This document shows positions 57,739-64,000 of a DNA stretch of 64,000 nucleotides, one piece after another. The notes under the pieces are model-generated. The model saw only the letters and a program-made list of their open reading frames with translations. It ran no database searches and was not told the DNA's origin. The stretch's first letter is position 1, and the number at the start of each line of letters is the position of its first letter. The translations under genes and the position numbers were made by a program. The stretch comes from the human T2T-CHM13v2.0 reference genome, Homo sapiens: the NCBI RefSeq assembly GCF_009914755.1, contig NC_060927.1. One strand, 5' to 3'.

Positions 57739-58161
57739 TGCTATTGTTTGGTTTGTTTGACTCCTACAAACCTCATGTTGAAATTGATGCCCAGTGTTGG
57801 AGGTGTGGCTTCATGAGAGGTGTTTGGATCATGGAGGCGGATCCCTCATAAATGGCTTGGTACCATTCTCAAAGAAATAAGTGATTTCCCACTAGAGTTG
57901 GTTGTTAACAATAGCATGGCACCTCCCCAGTCCCCTCTTGCTCTCTTGCTTGCTCTCACCATGTGATCTCTGCACATGCCATCTGCTCTTTGCCTTCTTC
58001 CATGAGTGGAAGAAGCCTGAGGCTCTCAACCAGAAGCAGACGCTGGTGCCATGCTTCTTGTACAGTCTGCAAAACGGCAAGCCAAATAAATAGTATAAAC
58101 TTATTTTCTTTATAAATTACCCAGACTCCAGTACTTCTTTGTAGCAAAACAGACTAAGACA
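57739..58161 (+). mobile_element. MSTB-like MaLR solo LTR
   Basis: tgctattgtttg...ctcatgttgaaatt...tttataaattacccag...agactaagaca. Confidence 0.88.
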
Positions 58162-59622
58162 GCAATTAAATACACACTTTTGGTTAGGTGCTTGAAATGG
58201 TAGTAATAATGGATTTTATGGACCTTGGAATTGAAATATCAGAGATGCATATTTAGGCACCTATAGAGATATTACATTAGTTGCCATATGTCTCAGTTAT
58301 TAACATCCAATTTAATGTCTAAAGAATGGAGGAAGGCATAAAATAAATGTGTGACATTTGGAATAATTTTAAAAAGAGCAATATGTACCAGATAATTTAA
58401 GAATATGTGACAAACATGAAAAAAGTTTTGTAAAATACATGAATGAACAAAGCATTTGAACAATTAGTGTGTTATTACCTCGAATCATAAGAAATTTTAT
58501 CTAAATTCAATACATAAACATCAACCACAACTCCTGAATGACAATCAGTTTATATGCCGTAGAGATATTTATTCGATCCACATAACTGACTGATTTCCAC
58601 AGCAAAGGAAGTAAAAGAGGGATTCTGTGATTCCTTTTCACCTTTTCTTATCCACTTATTTCTTCAGAGAAGATTCAGACTTCTTCTTCTATCTTCTTCA
58701 AAGATAGAAGACTCAGATGCTCTTACTAAAATGGTATACCATTCAGTTTATTCACATCCTTCAGAGGGCCCTAGGGACAACCATGCTGCCACTTTTGGGA
58801 ATTTTCCTGATGTCAGTGAGTTCATTATGAAATCAACCTGTTTGACTCCAAGTTTCATTCAGAAAATATGGTCACAGTGCCTAGACCTTGTGTCTTAAGT
58901 TTTAAGAGTTGGCCCAAGATGACTGTATTCTCTCAATTGGCAACATGGATTGCACAGGTATAGCTTCTTCCGGTACTAGTTATTAGGATCCAAATGCATG
59001 AGCTTTTTATGTAGCTACTATTATGATTAAATTCCAAATATTTTACTTTAAAAATAAATTATATAACTATTTTCCAGAAACCAAAACAGATGAAAACATA
59101 CATCATTTGGAAAATCTGAACAAGTATAAGCCTTTAGGGATATTTATACATTTTTATTTTCCTAAAGACTCCATCAAAACAAATCCCATAACTGAAAATA
59201 ATGATAAAATATTGACCCTGCCAACGTCCAACACTTAGGCAGCTTTGTAATGAATTGTAGTTGTTCTTGTGTGTACTTTACTTCCTTTAGTAGATTACAG
59301 TTTCTGTAGTGAAATTTATCCCTTCTTGTCCATCTTGATATGTCCCAACATGCCTAACAGTGACTTTCACTGATCAGTCATATTAATGACTTGTGATATG
59401 TCTTACTATATAAGTGGAATCTCTTCCTTTGAAGGTCTCCTGATTGGCAGGTGCTTTGTCCCCTTTTCAGTGACGCCATAAAGCATCATGTTTGCCCTAA
59501 TGTTGCTGGGGTTGAGAGTCACAGTTAAGTAACAGGAATTAAGCCCTTCAGGGAGCTTCTCTAGCAAACAGGTGCACCTGTTAACTAATTACTTCACTTG
59601 TTCATACTGGCTTATCTACTGA

Positions 59623-59957
<335 letters not shown>

Positions 59958-61439
59958 AGTGTTATTCTTAAATGTAATCTATTTTTAAGTATACAGAGAA
60001 TAGGGAACACTTTTGTGGTTGATACACTAAATTTTCTCCACACCTTTAACTTACTTTTTTATTTTAAAAAAATCACTTACTGGATATGTTTAAAGTCCTC
60101 TCAGTTTAAAATCCTGAATAGGAACATTTTCTACGGTTACAGTGGGTACTTTAACTTCCCCCACCAACCCCAGTTTGGAAGAATAAAGCTAAGAAAGACC
60201 AAGAAATTATAGTTCATTGTATCTGCTTGTAGAGTTTAGCAATCTTGGCTAATCCTCACTCTGTGGAAGGAAGGTAGGAAGACAGTTGGATATGCCAGAA
60301 TGGATACACTAAAAGACTGGGAACATGGAACTGAGTAGTTAGTGTGTGAACTAGAGATTGAAGAGAATATTAGAAAGCAGAGATGCTTCAGAATAGAAAA
60401 TTTAAAAACGTGATTTGTATGTTGGATGACTTTAATAAATAATAAAAGTATTTTATAACAAAGAAAGGTTATTGCTTTTTTGTAAGAATGTGAACTTCAT
60501 TAAACCTCTCTAGATTACATTTTCTCTTTCAGTTAAATAGTAGGATTCATTCTTCCTGTGGATTACCCATAGATGCACAGCAAAGAATAATTAATATATT
60601 ATTAATAAGAGAAAGGTGACAGGCCACAAATGATGTAGAAAAGTGATTTAAGCATGAGAGACAATGCCACTTATGTTAATTTATCAGCACCCTTAATTGT
60701 GAAGAAGTGTCAGTATTCATTGGTGTTTTTTTCCCTCATGTTGCAAATTCAAATGAGGAGGAAAGAACTAATATTTATTGATGATATATGTGTTCTCACT
60801 TTATCCTCATAATAATCCTATGAAGAAAATATTTTTATTCTCCTTGTACAGAGAGGAAAACTGAGTTAGTTAGTTTCTTTGAAACTAAGTGAGATATGCA
60901 TAGATTACAAATGATTGATTCTGATTCCCAGGAAGCATCATTATTTTACTCCACGATGCCTTTTTCATAAACATTTATTTACAGTATATAGAAAAACTCT
61001 TTTTATTCACAATAGCATTAACTGTCTTACCCATCATTCATTTGAAGAATATATTTATTCTGTCACACAATCAATGTTTGATACACATGAGTGTATATGC
61101 ATACCATGTTCTAATTAATGATAATGCAATGTTTAACAAGTGTTGTATACGAGTTTTTATATAAAAAAATTTAAAATCTTATGGAAAATGCAGACAACCA
61201 GGAAAATTACAATATGGTTTAATTTATGTCCCAATAAGCATTGCAAAGGCTCTTAAGTAGGAACAGAGAGAGCCAATACATAGATGCATCACTAAATTGT
61301 CTATTTCACTAGGCAACTGCTTTCTCCATTCTTTAGCAAATGACTGAGAAGTCCTATGAAAGTCAGGGGTAAAAAAAAGGGATGCATTTATCCGTTGGCT
61401 TCTGTACTTCATTGCTCAAATGTTCAAATATGACCCTTT

Positions 61440-61870
61440 TCTGACTTCATCTTCCATTTCTTGTTTCCTCTTACCTCATGACTAGCTTTCTCTAGAACAC
61501 TCTCCCTTTGAATATGCATGTGGCTCACTCCCAGGCTTCTGGCAGGTCTCCATTTAAATGCCACTTTGTCTCCCAAGCCTTTCCTGGAGATGCTTTATAA
61601 AGTAGCACCCTCCCTCATCCCTACCTTCTCATTCAACTTTTTCTTCAAAGGTCTTACTTTTTGTAAGTTGTAAAATTATTATTTATATTTTCCTTTCTCC
61701 CTCTTCCCTCTTTCTTTGCTTTCCCTTTTTCCGTCCTTCAGTATGTTTATGTCTTGCTTCCACTAGACTATAAATTCCTTGAGGGTAGAAACTAGGTCTG
61801 TTTGTTTCCAAGTTTTATCTTCAGAGGCTGGGTCATAGTTGGTGCTCAGTAATTATTTGCTGAACAAATC
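61440..61870 (+). mobile_element. L2 3' fragment
   Basis: cactagactataaattccttgagggtagaaact...ggtgctcagtaattatttgctgaac. Confidence 0.7.
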
Positions 61871-62791
61871 ACTAAAGAGCAATTTAAAGCATAGCATGGG
61901 AATAAACAAGAACAATGTGATTGCTTCCTCTCAATGCAAGTCTTCTAAGCTACTCCAACCGTGATTTATTGACCATTTGGCATAAAAGTAAACATGAGGC
62001 AACATGTCATTTCCTCACCAGTTTCACATTTGTCTTCTCAGAGTATATGCACGTACATTCTGATTCCATACCCAACATACGCACTCTCTTCTCAGGCTAA
62101 AATTTTCCTACTTACAGCTATTTTGTAGATTATTAAAAATTACAAATTAAGTAAGAAAGGAAGAAAATAAATATTATTCCTATAACAAATCAAATTTAAG
62201 CATAAAAAGTACACTTGTTTTTCATGATTCAAATGCCAGGTATATTAGTTACCAATACATACCATTAAAAATGAAACTATATGCTATAATTTTTTAGTGA
62301 AAAATGAATCATGTGCACAAAAGAAAGTATACAGCATATTTATGTATTAGAGAATGATCATAAACTGAATTGCCGTATGACCACAATCCAGGTAAAGAAA
62401 CAGAACAATGCCAGTCCCTGAAAAGACCCTCCCTGGGTGTCTCTTCTCAATCACCATCCCAAATCTTTATAAAAGGGATAACTATGTGTTTAGTTTCCTG
62501 AGAGTTCTTTGTTTGCATTTTTGAATGTTTTCATCTCCTCTAAATGCATCCTTAAACAATATACTATTTAGGTTTTCCCATTTTTAATTTCTAAAACAGA
62601 ATTAGAGGGTATACATGCTTTTGTGATTTGTTTTTTTACCCTATAAGATTTACTCTTGTGTGCATAAAACTTTCAGATTCAAGAATGTAAAATAATGCTT
62701 TTCTTGATTACTCAAGATGTTCATGCAAGAAGAAATAACGGAGATTGACCACCAGGCTGAACCTGAAGACTGTAAAAGTCTCACAACTTAA

Positions 62792-63155
<364 letters not shown>

Positions 63156-63574
63156 CCAAATCTTTTTAGGAACTGTTTAGTGATGCTCAGAGGAAAGCAG
63201 CCCTATTCCAAAGTACACAAATGTAAAATGGCCTCTAGTCTATATTTGAAAAGTGATTCAGGTATATGTTTTGAAGCAGGAGTGACAATATGGGATATCA
63301 AATATACATTTTGAAACCAAGATAAGCACAGTAAACAAGATAATGCACATCTCTGAAAGGAAATCCAGAGATATATTTGAAAAGAAAAAGAGTCACAATA
63401 TTCGTTTAGGAGAACAACAGTGTATTTGACTTAAAAGAATAAGCATTAAATATATGTAAACCTGGTTTTGTGTTTTAGAGTAGTTGGAGAAATTTTGACT
63501 GATAATGAAGAGGGGACTGATCTCCCTACTCATTCTCCATGTTGATAGATGTTGCAATAGTTTGTTTATTTTCA

Positions 63575-63598
63575 TTATGCATTATGCATAATGCATAA
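63575..63598. repeat. Perfect 24-bp palindrome
   Basis: ttatgcattatgcataatgcataa equals its own reverse complement. Confidence 0.9.
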
Positions 63599-64000
63599 AT
63601 ATACCAAAATTTGTTTACCTATTGTTCTACTGTTGATGGGCATTTATTGTTTCCAACAACGATTAAGAGTATTCTTGTACATGTCCCTGGTACAAAAGTT
63701 TCTCTAGGATATATATGCTGGAATGCAATTACTGCTTCATAGGGAATGAATATCTTTAAGTCTACTGGGTAACGCCAAATTGCTAGAATAGTTGACTGTC
63801 AATGCCTAAAAAGACTAGAATAGCCTGTTGATAAGGCAGAGCTTACTGCACCTACTTCGCAAAGGAAGAACACTATCTTGACTGAATTTAGTATTGTAGT
63901 ATCTCAGTAGGTGCTATCCTGGATTTATATAGGATTTGGGTAACTGAGCTGAAGTTTTAAGATGGATGTTTTAAGTCAGAAAAATGATTGTCAGTGAGAA

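Noticed and set aside
58684-58711. Short hairpins (11-bp arms here; also about 22651-22682 and 42957-42984)
   Set aside because: Short and low in complexity; expected by chance in 64 kb of AT-rich DNA.

Overview
This window is AT-rich human (primate) genomic DNA, not prokaryotic. Nearly all ORFs in the supplied track are artefacts of Alu, L1 or low-complexity sequence. It is almost entirely intron around one 96-nt, phase-0 coding exon on the + strand (47654-47749, GPSFLSEARFSTRATKIEEMDPSFNLHETITK). I recognise this peptide from memory as NAALADL2 (about residues 601-632, the giant gene at 3q26.31); the ORF track misses it. The rest is a normal repeat landscape: about 12 Alus, several L1 pieces (one with a twin-priming inversion), MaLR LTRs, Tigger/Charlie DNA transposon relics and MIR/L2. 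It also holds an internally deleted tRNA-Pro-primed ERV1 (HUERS-P/LTR28-like) antisense to the gene and a tailless 3'-truncated U4 snRNA retrocopy. I found no new multi-gene system. The structure the annotation does not explain is (i) a near-identical 190-bp direct duplication bracketing the coding exon, (ii) several near-perfect 28-35-bp inverted repeats, two of them back-to-back, and (iii) further short local duplications and two (AT)23 tracts. Together these suggest repeated local template switching. Repeat subfamily names were assigned by eye and need RepeatMasker/Dfam confirmation.
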